Shown piece by piece: positions 25,491 through 35,143 of a stretch of DNA of 64,000 nucleotides (the first letter of the stretch is position 1; each line of letters starts with the position of its first letter). The DNA comes from Thermodesulfobacteriota bacterium (GTDB lineage Bacteria; Desulfobacterota_D; UBA1144; Nemesobacterales; JAJCZQ01): contig OZ244044.1 of the NCBI GenBank assembly GCA_965215275.1, positions 832,001-896,000 on the forward strand, given 5' to 3'. Below the pieces are notes generated by a model, which saw nothing but the letters and a program-made list of their open reading frames with translations, searched no databases and was not told the origin of the DNA. Both the position numbers and the translations under genes were made by a program.

Positions 25491-26309
25491 ATGAGTATAA
25501 ATAACGTCGGATCGACCGCACTTGTAACCGCCTGCCTGAGGGCAATAGCGAAAAAACGTGACCTTAAATTATTCAATGACCCTTACGCTGAGTGGTTCGT
25601 CAATGATGAGATAAGATCGAAGGTACAGCTGTTCATGACGCTTTTTCCAGAAAGCAGTGAGACGGTGTGTTACAGATCTTACAAAATGAGCGAGGTCGTT
25701 GACCGCGAGATCAAAAGCGGTATGAAGCAGATCGTTTTACTGGGAGCGGGATTTGATATGAGGGCCGAAATATTTGCAGGCGAAGGTGCCACGTTTTACG
25801 AAGTAGATCAGCCTTCGGTACTGCAGTTCAAACACGAAGTACTCAAAGAACATGGCATTACCCCTTGTGCATCAGTGGCATGTAACTATCTGGAAGTCGA
25901 TCTGAGCGCTGAACTCACAGAGGTCGGTTTTGATGCTGACAAACCGGCACTGTTTATCTGGGAAGGTAACTCCATGTACCTGCCGGCAGATATGATACAT
26001 GACTTCCTGAACCGGCTGCGTGAGCAGGTCCCGAACTTTACCATAGCTTTCGATTATTTTTCCGATAAGTTCGTTGATCGTAAGTCAGGTAACAAACGGC
26101 TGGAGACCCTGGCGGACCTGTTCGAGGAAAAACTCGGCGTTAAATGGTCAACCGGCTTTAGTGATCTGCAGGCATTTAAAGACAAGAACGGTCTCGTGAT
26201 AATTGAAAGCGGAGATATAATGGACGTCGGTAAGCAGATAGCAAAGCCTCTGGCATCTCTTTCCGAAGCCAGAGGGCTGTGGTTTTACTGCGTGCTTAAA
26301 ACACCTTGA
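25491..26309 (+). CDS. SAM-dependent methyltransferase, leucine carboxyl methyltransferase-like
   Basis: TA...A..RA, DPYA, QIVLLGAGFD.RA, EVD, EG..MYL. Confidence 0.85.
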   Translation: MSINNVGSTALVTACLRAIAKKRDLKLFNDPYAEWFVNDEIRSKVQLFMTLFPESSETVCYRSYKMSEVVDREIKSGMKQIVLLGAGFDMRAEIFAGEGATFYEVDQPSVLQFKHEVLKEHGITPCASVACNYLEVDLSAELTEVGFDADKPALFIWEGNSMYLPADMIHDFLNRLREQVPNFTIAFDYFSDKFVDRKSGNKRLETLADLFEEKLGVKWSTGFSDLQAFKDKNGLVIIESGDIMDVGKQIAKPLASLSEARGLWFYCVLKTP

Positions 26310-26449
26310 TCTCCATCTTGAACGGGTATACGGAACTTCACTGACGCATATACCGAGGTAACTACAACTCAGGAATTTTCGGCAGGGACTTGAATTCCGT
26401 TCATATTTCAGGATATTATCATATTTTGAACTGTTTTACGGAGTTTAAA

Positions 26450-26611
26450 ATGGGAAAATCAGACAGCAGAGTACTTATAAAATTAAAGAGCACCGAAAGC
26501 CCTTATATCTATCACACTGATAAGAATAAAAAAAATACCGAGGAAAGACTGGAACTTAAAAAATACGACCCCGTGGTAAAAAAGCACGTGCTTTTTAAGG
26601 AATCCAAGTAA
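26450..26611 (+). CDS. rpmG: 50S ribosomal protein L33 (Cys-free)
   Basis: [26 protein letters not shown]. Confidence 0.95.
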   Translation: MGKSDSRVLIKLKSTESPYIYHTDKNKKNTEERLELKKYDPVVKKHVLFKESK

Positions 26612-26628
26612 TACGGAGAGGTACGCAG

Positions 26629-26871
26629 ATGGCAAAGGTATGCGACTTGACAGGAAAAAAACCACTTGTGGGAAACCATGTTTCACATGCCAATAATAAG
26701 GTGAAACGCCGCCAAAACCCGAATTTACACACAAAGAGGTTCTATATTCCCGAAATCGACAGAACGGTAAAACTAAAGCTATCGAACCGGGCTTTAAGGA
26801 CTATCAATAAAAAAGGTCTTCTGAGCTTCTTAAAGGACGAAGGCATCAGATTAAAGAACATTGCCAGATAA
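26629..26871 (+). CDS. rpmB: 50S ribosomal protein L28
   Basis: MAKVCDLTGK....GNHVSHANNK.KRR..PNL. Confidence 0.95.
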   Translation: MAKVCDLTGKKPLVGNHVSHANNKVKRRQNPNLHTKRFYIPEIDRTVKLKLSNRALRTINKKGLLSFLKDEGIRLKNIAR

Positions 26872-26909
26872 AAACTCTTTGGTAGTAATATATTTTATTA
26901 GATGGCAGC

Positions 26910-27001
26910 AGGCCATTACCTGCTATGAACCAGATTGAGAATGGTGTTGATGAATCAGATGGTAGGCAATAGGTGTAAAATACAAGGCATTGATCAGTTA
27001 A
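26910..27001 (+). pseudogene. IS1595-family transposase C-terminal remnant
   Basis: RPLPAMNQIE..., MVGNR and KYKALIS* resemble R.LDT.DQM...M.GKRL.Y..LI. Confidence 0.55.
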
Positions 27002-27005
27002 AAAG

Positions 27006-27034
27006 TTTACTGATCATTCAGGGTTTGATATAAG
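27006..27034 (+). promoter_or_regulatory. Sigma70-like promoter downstream of the transposase stop (homolog at 50398-50426)
   Basis: tttact-17 nt-tataag; the homolog reads ttgact-17 nt-tataag. Confidence 0.6.
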
Positions 27035-27093
27035 GTTATGCATATGGGGAAGGAGGGTCTTATTATAATTGGTATATATATCAATTAACAACA

Positions 27094-27582
27094 ATGGAAA
27101 AAAAGAATATGAAAAAAAATAAACAACTCAATAAAAAAAGTAAGTTAAATTCTATTGATGTTGCTAACTATTTTTTAACTAAAATAGATGAAACTTCTGG
27201 GGATTTAATCTCTAACTTAAAGCTACAAAAATTAGTTTACTATGCACAAGGATTCAATTTAGCAATGTTCGGTAAACCTTTATTTCACGATACTATTGAA
27301 GCGTGGATGTACGGACCTGTAGTTCCTGTTTTATATGATGAATATAAAAAAAATGGTGATGGTGCGTTACCCTTTCCAAATAATGTAAACCTTGATAAGT
27401 ATAGCTCTCAAACAAAAGAATTATTAGATGAAGTTTATGATGTATATGGTCAGTATTCTGCCTGGGTTCTTAGCGGTTTTACTCATAACGAACCTCCATA
27501 TAAAAATGCCCGGAAAAGAAAAGACAAGACCATTGTTCACAAAGAATTAAAAAACTACTTTATCACACAATTACACGACTAA
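27094..27582 (+). CDS. Panacea (DUF4065/SocA/GepA) antitoxin
   Basis: NLKLQKLVYYAQG, IEAWMYGPV, THNEPP. Confidence 0.9.
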   Translation: MEKKNMKKNKQLNKKSKLNSIDVANYFLTKIDETSGDLISNLKLQKLVYYAQGFNLAMFGKPLFHDTIEAWMYGPVVPVLYDEYKKNGDGALPFPNNVNLDKYSSQTKELLDEVYDVYGQYSAWVLSGFTHNEPPYKNARKRKDKTIVHKELKNYFITQLHD

Positions 27583-27609
27583 TAATCGATCCACCGTAAT
27601 ATACAGTTA

Positions 27610-28023
27610 ATGCCTAAACGGATTTCCAAAAAAAGCGGACAAGCATCAAGAGATATAAAACCGTCTGCAAGTTCGGTTACTAATTATAATGAACGTGAAG
27701 TAGTTTTCTCATTTAAATATCTAAACAATGAATTTAATAATAAATTACAGGATGATGATAGAAAAGCATTATTAAAAACATTACATAAAATTAGCCAATT
27801 AAAATGGAAAGAGGTTCACGGATCACATAGACATGGTTTAGGTTCTGAACTAATAAAAGAAAAGAATGATGAAATAAAAGAGATCGTTCGCAAAAAAGAT
27901 AATATTAAAGATGATTTAAAAGCTATAGCGTTTAGATATAAGGGAAAAAAGAAACCAATGCTTGGATTTAGAAAAGACAATATATTTTTTATTGTTTGTC
28001 TTAACTGTACTTATAAACACTAG
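27610..28023 (+). CDS. Putative RelE-fold toxin partnered with Panacea
   Basis: FSFKYL, HGLGSE, FR....PMLGFR..NIFFIV; directly downstream of the antitoxin. Confidence 0.6.
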   Translation: MPKRISKKSGQASRDIKPSASSVTNYNEREVVFSFKYLNNEFNNKLQDDDRKALLKTLHKISQLKWKEVHGSHRHGLGSELIKEKNDEIKEIVRKKDNIKDDLKAIAFRYKGKKKPMLGFRKDNIFFIVCLNCTYKH

Positions 28024-28063
28024 ACAACTATTTAAACAAAGTACGAGATGATGTGTCGGCAGT

Positions 28064-28660
28064 TTATTCATCTTTAATGATCTTGTCTTTAATACTTTCC
28101 AGGTCGGAAGGTTTTCCATCTGATTCTCTGATATGAGTTATTACTTTTTTACCTTCTTCGATAAACCGTTCCCGCGTCTGATCGTACCCTGTCTTTAAAC
28201 CGTCCGGGATCAGGTCCATGGTCGTGTCATAGATTATCTTAACGTGCGGAAATACCTTCGATTCCTTAAAGGTCGATTCAACGGAAATATTCAGCCAGGA
28301 AATAAGAAGAAAGGCACAGACGGTTCCGATTGCAATTCCCAGCACGCCACCCGCCAGCCTGTTCATCCACCCTAGGCTCAGCTTCCCGACCAGACGAGCT
28401 GCAAACCAGCCAAGCAACTGAACGACAATAAAAACACTGATCGTTAGCGATATAAATCCGACCAGCAGAGCACTTGACATGGTTTCGATGATCTCCTTTT
28501 CCATCAGTATCCTGCCCACTGCGTCGTAGAAAAGTATCCCGCTTGCTATTCCCACGACCACCGCCGCAAGGGAGAAAACCTGATTTATCAGACCACGGCC
28601 AAACCCCAGCAGAAAGAAAAATATCAAAACAGTTAAAATTAAAATATCAAGCCAGTTCAC
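28064..28660 (-). CDS. cvpA: CvpA family (colicin V production) protein
   Basis: MNWLD.....G..RGL; NRLAGGVLG. Confidence 0.85.
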   Translation of the reverse strand: MNWLDILILTVLIFFFLLGFGRGLINQVFSLAAVVVGIASGILFYDAVGRILMEKEIIETMSSALLVGFISLTISVFIVVQLLGWFAARLVGKLSLGWMNRLAGGVLGIAIGTVCAFLLISWLNISVESTFKESKVFPHVKIIYDTTMDLIPDGLKTGYDQTRERFIEEGKKVITHIRESDGKPSDLESIKDKIIKDE

Positions 28661-28873
28661 ATACGCTCCGTATCACTTTCACTCGGAATAATATTACCAC
28701 TTTAAAGATAACTTTTAAACATAAATGTCATTTAGCCGCCATGTTCGTCAGACGGGTCAGAAACCGTAAAAAAGATACTTTGATAACCGGTCAGGAGATA
28801 TCCTCTCCGCTGCCGTTCAGTAAAAGCAAACTTTGACTATATGTGAATGTTTGTATAGTTTAAGGACCATCCT

Positions 28874-29854
28874 ATGAAGTATGAAGAAGTTTTTGAACTT
28901 ATCTCATCCGATCTGGAAGAAGTTGAACGTGAGATACAAGAAAACATAAAGTCCCCCGTGCCTCTGGTAAACAAGATCTCCAGACATCTGCTTGGAAGCG
29001 GTGGAAAGCGCCTGAGGCCTTCGGTCCTTCTGCTGTCCAGCGGGGCATGCGGGTATTCAAACGGCAGAAAGAGGATCAAGTCCGCAGCTGCCATTGAGCT
29101 CATTCACACGGCCACGCTCCTTCACGATGACGTTGTTGATGAAGCAGAAATGCGCAGAGGAAAAGCCTCATCAAACGTTTTATGGCAGAATAAACCGACC
29201 GTGCTCGTGGGAGATTTCATGCTTTCAAAAGCCTTGGGACTAATACAGTCCTGCGGGAACATGGACCTTATCAAGGCCGTCACCGATGCTTCCGCAAAAC
29301 TTGCAGAAGGACAGGTGCTCGAGGTAATGAGCGAAAGCAGGATGATCGACGTTTCCGAAGAGATATGCTTTTCAATAATAGAGATGAAGACTGCCTCACT
29401 GATCGAAAGCTGCAGCAGGATAGGAGGGATACTGGCAGGGTCCGAAAGCAGTTCCATTGAGGCACTGTCGAGTTATGGTATTAATATCGGTACTGCTTTT
29501 CAGCTAATTGACGACGCGTTCGACTACTCATCATCAGAAGAGGTCTGCGGCAAGCAGGTCGGTCAGGACATTCTCGGATATAAAATGACCCTTCCTCTTT
29601 ATTACTCGGTGCAGAAAGCCACAACGGCGGAAAAAAGCAGAGTAGAGGAAGTACTTACAAAAAGCGACCCTGACGAATCTGAAATTAACAAGCTGCGCGA
29701 CCTAGTGAAAAAATACAAAGGCGTTGAAACAACCAAAAAACTGGCGGTAAAGTACGTTGACAAAGCCAAAAGCTCTATCAGCGGTATATCGGACAGCAGG
29801 TATAAAAGCTCTCTTAACTCACTTGCGGATTTCGTTGTAAACAGGGTGCACTAA
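28874..29854 (+). CDS. ispB: Polyprenyl diphosphate synthase
   Basis: GGKRLRP, LLHDDVVD...RRG, AFQLIDD. Confidence 0.85.
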   Translation: MKYEEVFELISSDLEEVEREIQENIKSPVPLVNKISRHLLGSGGKRLRPSVLLLSSGACGYSNGRKRIKSAAAIELIHTATLLHDDVVDEAEMRRGKASSNVLWQNKPTVLVGDFMLSKALGLIQSCGNMDLIKAVTDASAKLAEGQVLEVMSESRMIDVSEEICFSIIEMKTASLIESCSRIGGILAGSESSSIEALSSYGINIGTAFQLIDDAFDYSSSEEVCGKQVGQDILGYKMTLPLYYSVQKATTAEKSRVEEVLTKSDPDESEINKLRDLVKKYKGVETTKKLAVKYVDKAKSSISGISDSRYKSSLNSLADFVVNRVH

Positions 29855-30143
29855 TCCCCGTGAAACTGTTCGGATGGAGTAATTAAGGGAATTTTCCGCT
29901 CAGCTGCCCAGGATCAGAAAACGCTGACCGTAAAAAGCGGCCTCTCATTTAATATTGTATATCCAATGCCCGGCAAGTGCTATCATGGACAGGAACATAC
30001 AGAGATAGAAAACGGCCCCACCCCAGCTGGGTTTTGAAAAAAAATAAGCACCTCCCGTGGTGGAGATCAGGATAAGGAGCATTAACAGAACAAAGTAGGT
30101 TCTTCCTTTCACTTTCAACTACCGCAGATGTTATAAAACTTCA

Positions 30144-30791
30144 TTAAACCAGCCGGACGAACTGCACCAGGATCAACATCTGTTTCTCTGTGCTCTTTCC
30201 CTTCTTTTTAACCAGTGCCAGTTGCTGCGACTGTTTGCCGACCGGTATGATAAGGGAACTTCCGGAACTCTTGAGCTGATCCGTTAAAGCATCCGGTATA
30301 TTTTCCGAAGCCGCGGACACGACTATTGCATCATAAGGGGCACCTTCTGAAAAGCCGCAGCGGCCGTCCCCCGTTTTGAACTCTATATCCCTGTATCCAG
30401 CCAGAGAAAGTGTCTTCCTGGCCTGTTGGGCCAGTTCCTCTATCAGCTCTACCGTATAGACGTCACACCCCATCTCACAGAGAACGGCGGTCTGATAACC
30501 TGAACCAGTTCCGATCTCAAGCACCCTGTCGCCTTTCTTCAGATCCAGCTTCTGAAGCATATAGGCAATTACAAAAGGCTGGGATATCGTCTGTGAATGA
30601 CCTATAGGCAGAGGAACGTCTTTATATGCACTGTCTTTATACCGCTCGGGTACAAAACGGTGTCTTGGCACGGCTGAAAAAGCAGACAGTATACTTTGCT
30701 GAACTATCTCCCTGGCGATCAGCTGCTCATTGACCATCTTTTCTCTCTCTGATCTGAAACTATCAGAGGCGGAACTATCCATAACGTTCAA
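30144..30791 (-). CDS. pcm: Protein-L-isoaspartate O-methyltransferase
   Basis: VPRHRFV, QTISQP, LEIGTGSGYQ. Confidence 0.95.
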   Translation of the reverse strand: MNVMDSSASDSFRSEREKMVNEQLIAREIVQQSILSAFSAVPRHRFVPERYKDSAYKDVPLPIGHSQTISQPFVIAYMLQKLDLKKGDRVLEIGTGSGYQTAVLCEMGCDVYTVELIEELAQQARKTLSLAGYRDIEFKTGDGRCGFSEGAPYDAIVVSAASENIPDALTDQLKSSGSSLIIPVGKQSQQLALVKKKGKSTEKQMLILVQFVRLV

Positions 30792-31602
30792 CGATGATCA
30801 TAGCAAGCTTTCTTTCCCTGCCCCATCTGTAATTATGGAATTCCCCGTTCTTTCTTATCACTCTGTGGCAGGGTATCAGAAAAGAGATTGGATTGCCGGC
30901 AACGGCGTTTGCAACGGCCCGAACGGCCTTTGGACGTTTTATATGATCAGCCAGGTCGCTGTAAGTTACAAGCGACCCACGCGGGATCATCATCAAGGCG
31001 TTCCATACTTTCAACTGAAAAACCGTTCCTTTCAGATGCAGATCAATGCGGGGGGATTTATCGCTGCTTTCAAATATCCTGTTAACGGGCTCCGAGGTAA
31101 CCTTCGTCTGATCCTGCCTGACAGGAGAATTTTTCCATCTGCTCTTAAGATCATCCAGACCTGAAGTCACGTCTTCACCCGAAGCAAAGCTCAGATGGCA
31201 TATACCTTTTTCAGTGATACCGATCAGACACTTGCCAAACCTGGTCGGATGAACTCCATAATATACATCCGGTCCGTTCTTTGACCCGCTGGGTTCACAG
31301 ACAAGGTTAAGTTCATAATCCCGTTCCCTGCCCGGCGACCCTGATTTAAACGGTTCATGAAAGCATCTTCTGGAATCCAGCAGTGTTTTCTGCAGTCTTT
31401 CTCTGGAGACGAGTTTAATGATGCTCTCCGGATCTATATCAGGCAGCACAGAAGACAGTTCATCCGGGTGGTCTTTATCCGTTCCGGTCCTGCATGCCGC
31501 ACTGCTGACCTTGCAAGGGTTTATACGATTACTTATAAGATACGGTATAGCTTTCCTAACTGCTTCGTAATTATCCATCGGTATTACTAAGATAAAGAAC
31601 AA
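30775..31602 (-). CDS. Methylated-DNA-protein-cysteine methyltransferase (Ada/Ogt-like)
   Basis: GTVFQLKVW, RAVANA, IPCHRVI. Confidence 0.9.
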   Translation of the reverse strand: MFFILVIPMDNYEAVRKAIPYLISNRINPCKVSSAACRTGTDKDHPDELSSVLPDIDPESIIKLVSRERLQKTLLDSRRCFHEPFKSGSPGRERDYELNLVCEPSGSKNGPDVYYGVHPTRFGKCLIGITEKGICHLSFASGEDVTSGLDDLKSRWKNSPVRQDQTKVTSEPVNRIFESSDKSPRIDLHLKGTVFQLKVWNALMMIPRGSLVTYSDLADHIKRPKAVRAVANAVAGNPISFLIPCHRVIRKNGEFHNYRWGRERKLAMIIVERYG

Positions 31603-31772
31603 CAGATAATTTTACAAACCTCTGCCCAAAAAACATATGATCTGTCCACAATGGTCATCCCGGAGGCTTTATTCTTCAGGCACGTCTTCACCCTGCCCGT
31701 TATAAATATTTCTGTTAATCGAATTTTCACGTATAATATAAATCTAATCTAATATCTGAAGCCCAAAACATT

Positions 31773-32429
31773 ATGAAGTATAAAGCCGTTGTTTTTGATC
31801 TGGATGGAACGTTAATTGACTCTGTAGCAGACCTTGGAAACGCAGTCAACAGAACGCTCGTTACCCATGATTTTCCTCCGCACGATATAGCCAGATACAG
31901 GGAATTCATAGGCGATGGAGCAGAAACGATGATAAGACGTGCCCTGCCTGAAAACTGCAAGGGGCATGAAACCGTGCAGCAGTGCCTTGCAGAGTTCCTC
32001 GAAGACTATAATGAAAATTTTGACGTTGATACCGTACTGTACGACGGTATCGCGGACCTTCTGGACGTGCTTTCAAGTAAATCGGTAAAACTTTCGATCC
32101 TTACCAACAAGCCTTATAAAATAGCTATTAAGTTCCTGGACTCCATATTATCTCACTGGAACTTTGATATCGTGGTAGGACAGAAGGACGGACTGCCTAA
32201 AAAACCCGACCCTGCCGGGGCGTTCTTTGTATCTGAAAGATTAACCGTTGCCCACGAGAAGATAGTGTATCTGGGCGATTCGGGAATAGACATGCAGACC
32301 GCTGTCTCTGCCGGTATGCTGCCAGTGGGCGTTCTATGGGGATTCAGGAACAGGGACGAACTGCTGAAGAACGGTGCAAAGTATCTGATAAAAAAACCTC
32401 TGGAAATTAACGACCTGGTCACATTCTGA
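31773..32429 (+). CDS. HAD hydrolase, phosphoglycolate phosphatase-like
   Basis: FDLDGTL, TNK, KKPDP, GDS..D. Confidence 0.85.
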   Translation: MKYKAVVFDLDGTLIDSVADLGNAVNRTLVTHDFPPHDIARYREFIGDGAETMIRRALPENCKGHETVQQCLAEFLEDYNENFDVDTVLYDGIADLLDVLSSKSVKLSILTNKPYKIAIKFLDSILSHWNFDIVVGQKDGLPKKPDPAGAFFVSERLTVAHEKIVYLGDSGIDMQTAVSAGMLPVGVLWGFRNRDELLKNGAKYLIKKPLEINDLVTF

Positions 32430-32431
32430 AC

Positions 32432-33589
32432 ATGAAAAACGGAAAGAACCTATCCGATATAAAGCTGGGCATACTGGGCGGGGGACAACTCGGCAAGATG
32501 CTCTGCCTGGCGGCAGGTAACTGGAACCTGAACACCACCGTGCTCGATCCTTCACAGGACTGTCCCGCCTCAACGGTATGCACGGAGTTCATAAAGGGAA
32601 ATTTCAGGGAATACGACCCCGTGAACGCCCTTGGCAAAAAGATAGATACCGTCACGATCGAGATCGAGCACGTGAACGTTGAGGCCCTTCGTTCCCTGAA
32701 GGAACAAGGGACCGACGTCAGACCATCACCGGAAATTATCTCCGTAATTAAAGATAAAGGACTTCAGAAGACCTTTTACCACAAGAACGACCTTCCCACT
32801 GCTGATTTTTCTATATACGAGAGTAAAGCCCAGGTGATGGAAAAGATTCATAAGGGTGAGATCAGGCTGCCATTTGTACAGAAGCTTTGCAGAGATGGTT
32901 ACGACGGAAGAGGGGTTCTGGTCGTCAGTTCTGAAAACAAGCTGAAGGACCTTATGGACCATAGCTGTATTATTGAGGACCTGGTTCATATCGACAAGGA
33001 GTTATCCGTGATCGTTGCCCGAAATAAACTTGAAGAAGTGAAATGCTTCGATCCGGTTGAAATGATCTTTGACCAGGAGGCAAACCTGGTCGATTATCTG
33101 GTAAGCCCCGCGGACATAAGCGGCGACTTATCGCAGAAGGCCCAGGACCTGGCAGAAAGAACGGTAAAGGCATTTGATCTTTACGGAATACTGTCGGTTG
33201 AAATGTTCCTGACCCGAGAGGGTGAGATACTTATCAATGAAGTTGCCCCAAGACCTCACAACAGCGGACATCACAGTATTGAATCGTGCATTACTTCACA
33301 GTACGAACAGCACTTACGGTCGCTTCTGGATCTGCCCCTTGGCAGCACTGATATAAAATCTCCCTCTGTTATGCTTAATGTACTGGGGTCCCGGGGACAC
33401 GAAGGACCGGTCATATATGAAGGATTGAACGACTGTCTGAAAGTTGAAGGGGCCAGCTTTCACCTGTACGGGAAAACAGTAACAAAACCATTCAGAAAAA
33501 TGGGGCATGTGACGATACTGGATACAAATACTGAAAGTGCAATTGATAAAGCACGCTACATTAAACGGAATTTAAAGGTGACGACATGA
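32432..33589 (+). CDS. purK: N5-carboxyaminoimidazole ribonucleotide synthase
   Basis: GGGQLG, GYDGRG, NEVAPRPHNSGH, RKMGH. Confidence 0.95.
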   Translation: MKNGKNLSDIKLGILGGGQLGKMLCLAAGNWNLNTTVLDPSQDCPASTVCTEFIKGNFREYDPVNALGKKIDTVTIEIEHVNVEALRSLKEQGTDVRPSPEIISVIKDKGLQKTFYHKNDLPTADFSIYESKAQVMEKIHKGEIRLPFVQKLCRDGYDGRGVLVVSSENKLKDLMDHSCIIEDLVHIDKELSVIVARNKLEEVKCFDPVEMIFDQEANLVDYLVSPADISGDLSQKAQDLAERTVKAFDLYGILSVEMFLTREGEILINEVAPRPHNSGHHSIESCITSQYEQHLRSLLDLPLGSTDIKSPSVMLNVLGSRGHEGPVIYEGLNDCLKVEGASFHLYGKTVTKPFRKMGHVTILDTNTESAIDKARYIKRNLKVTT

Positions 33590-34080
33590 AAAAAGCATGT
33601 GTTAGCATTGTAATGGGGTCCGACTCGGACCTGGAAGTAATGAAAAAAGCAGGTGAGTTCCTTGACGAAATGGAGGTGCCAAATGAAATTACCATAGTTT
33701 CTGCTCACCGAACCCCTGATCGTCTGTTCAACTTCGCTAAGAACGCCGAAAAAAACGGTATAAAAGTCATAATCGCAGGAGCAGGCGGAGCAGCACATCT
33801 GCCTGGAATGATCGCTTCTATTGCGTCTATTCCGGTGATCGGTGTTCCCATAAAATCCTCAAACTCGATCGATGGATGGGATTCGGTGCTGTCCATCCTG
33901 CAGATGCCGGCAGGTGTGCCGGTGGCAACCGTTGCACTTAACGGAGGAAGGAACGCCGGAATTCTTGCCGCTCAGATACTTGGTGCTTCGGACCAGAAAC
34001 TGAGAGAAAAAATAACGGATTTTAAAAAAAAGCTGTCCGACGATGTTATTGAAAAAGTTAAAAAACTAAAAAAAGATTAA
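33586..34080 (+). CDS. purE: N5-CAIR mutase
   Basis: MGSDSD, SAHRTP, AGAGGAAHLPG. Confidence 0.95.
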   Translation: MKKACVSIVMGSDSDLEVMKKAGEFLDEMEVPNEITIVSAHRTPDRLFNFAKNAEKNGIKVIIAGAGGAAHLPGMIASIASIPVIGVPIKSSNSIDGWDSVLSILQMPAGVPVATVALNGGRNAGILAAQILGASDQKLREKITDFKKKLSDDVIEKVKKLKKD

Positions 34081-34129
34081 AATCATGTTAATATAGCTTA
34101 GTATCTGATCAATTCACCAAGGTTAAATT

Positions 34130-34318
34130 ATGACAGATAAAGAAAAGAAAAACGATGAAAAAACAGAAGAAGAAGTTCTTCTCACCTTCCTTACAAGAGT
34201 TAAAGACGACCAATACGCCCCTGTTGAAAAAAGTTCTTTAAAATATGCAAGACTTTCTGATCTGGACGATCCACATGATCTTACAGAAGAAGAACATTAT
34301 GAATACGGCGTCAGTTAA
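34130..34318 (+). CDS. Small hypothetical protein
   Basis: Open 62-aa ORF after purE; no recognised motif. Confidence 0.45.
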   Translation: MTDKEKKNDEKTEEEVLLTFLTRVKDDQYAPVEKSSLKYARLSDLDDPHDLTEEEHYEYGVS

Positions 34319-34432
34319 TTCACGCTAAGCTGCACTTTAACAAGACGGTTCTATTGAGAATCCGTGTTTGTGGTCACATAAATAATCTGAACAATCATTA
34401 TCGTATTATTAGATTATTTGCAGGAAATCATT

Positions 34433-34936
34433 ATGGCTAAATACAAAGAACTGTCTAAAGATCTATCTGATATAGCAGAGTATTTTATATACCTGTCCAA
34501 CAAGGATGACAGGTATATGACCAGCTTGAAACTGCAAAAGTTAGTTTACTATGCTCAAGCGTGGAACCTGGTATTTAACAATAAGCGATTATTCAAGGAC
34601 ACCATAGAAGCGTGGATACACGGCCCTGCAGTTTATAGCTTATGGAAAGAATATAAAGAGTTCGGATTTGAAAAAATAAGGGTGGATATATCAGATGATT
34701 TTAACTTCTCTGAAAAGACCAAAGAAATACTTGACGAAGTCTGGGACATTTATGGTGGTTTTGACTCAAGGTATTTAGAAGAACTTGTTCATTATGAAAG
34801 ACCCTGGCAGGATGCAAGAGGAAAATTTGACTGTAACGAAACTTCACATGCAAGAATTACTGCTGTATCAATGAAAAAGTATTATCGTAACAGATACAAT
34901 ACAGCAAAGTCAGAAAGGCAGGACCTGAATCGTTAG
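34433..34936 (+). CDS. Panacea (DUF4065) antitoxin without an evident toxin
   Basis: LKLQKLVYYAQAW, IEAWIHGP, H.ERPWQDAR. Confidence 0.9.
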   Translation: MAKYKELSKDLSDIAEYFIYLSNKDDRYMTSLKLQKLVYYAQAWNLVFNNKRLFKDTIEAWIHGPAVYSLWKEYKEFGFEKIRVDISDDFNFSEKTKEILDEVWDIYGGFDSRYLEELVHYERPWQDARGKFDCNETSHARITAVSMKKYYRNRYNTAKSERQDLNR

Positions 34937-35143
34937 AGATCTGTAATAAAAACACAGGATCAGTCTATAAGATCGATATCCTTAAACTTTTTAGATGATA
35001 AGCTGTATTAATTGTTGGAGAATTATATATTTAACTGAACAGAAATAAAATATGGACCTTGTATGTTTATAGTTATTAACTGAGTATGAGACATTGTTTA
35101 TACACTTGACATTCGTTCATAATATAATGTAAAGTAAAAAACC

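Noticed and set aside
29855..30140. Possible ncRNA between convergent ispB and pcm
   Set aside because: No recognisable family motif; an Rfam search would be needed.
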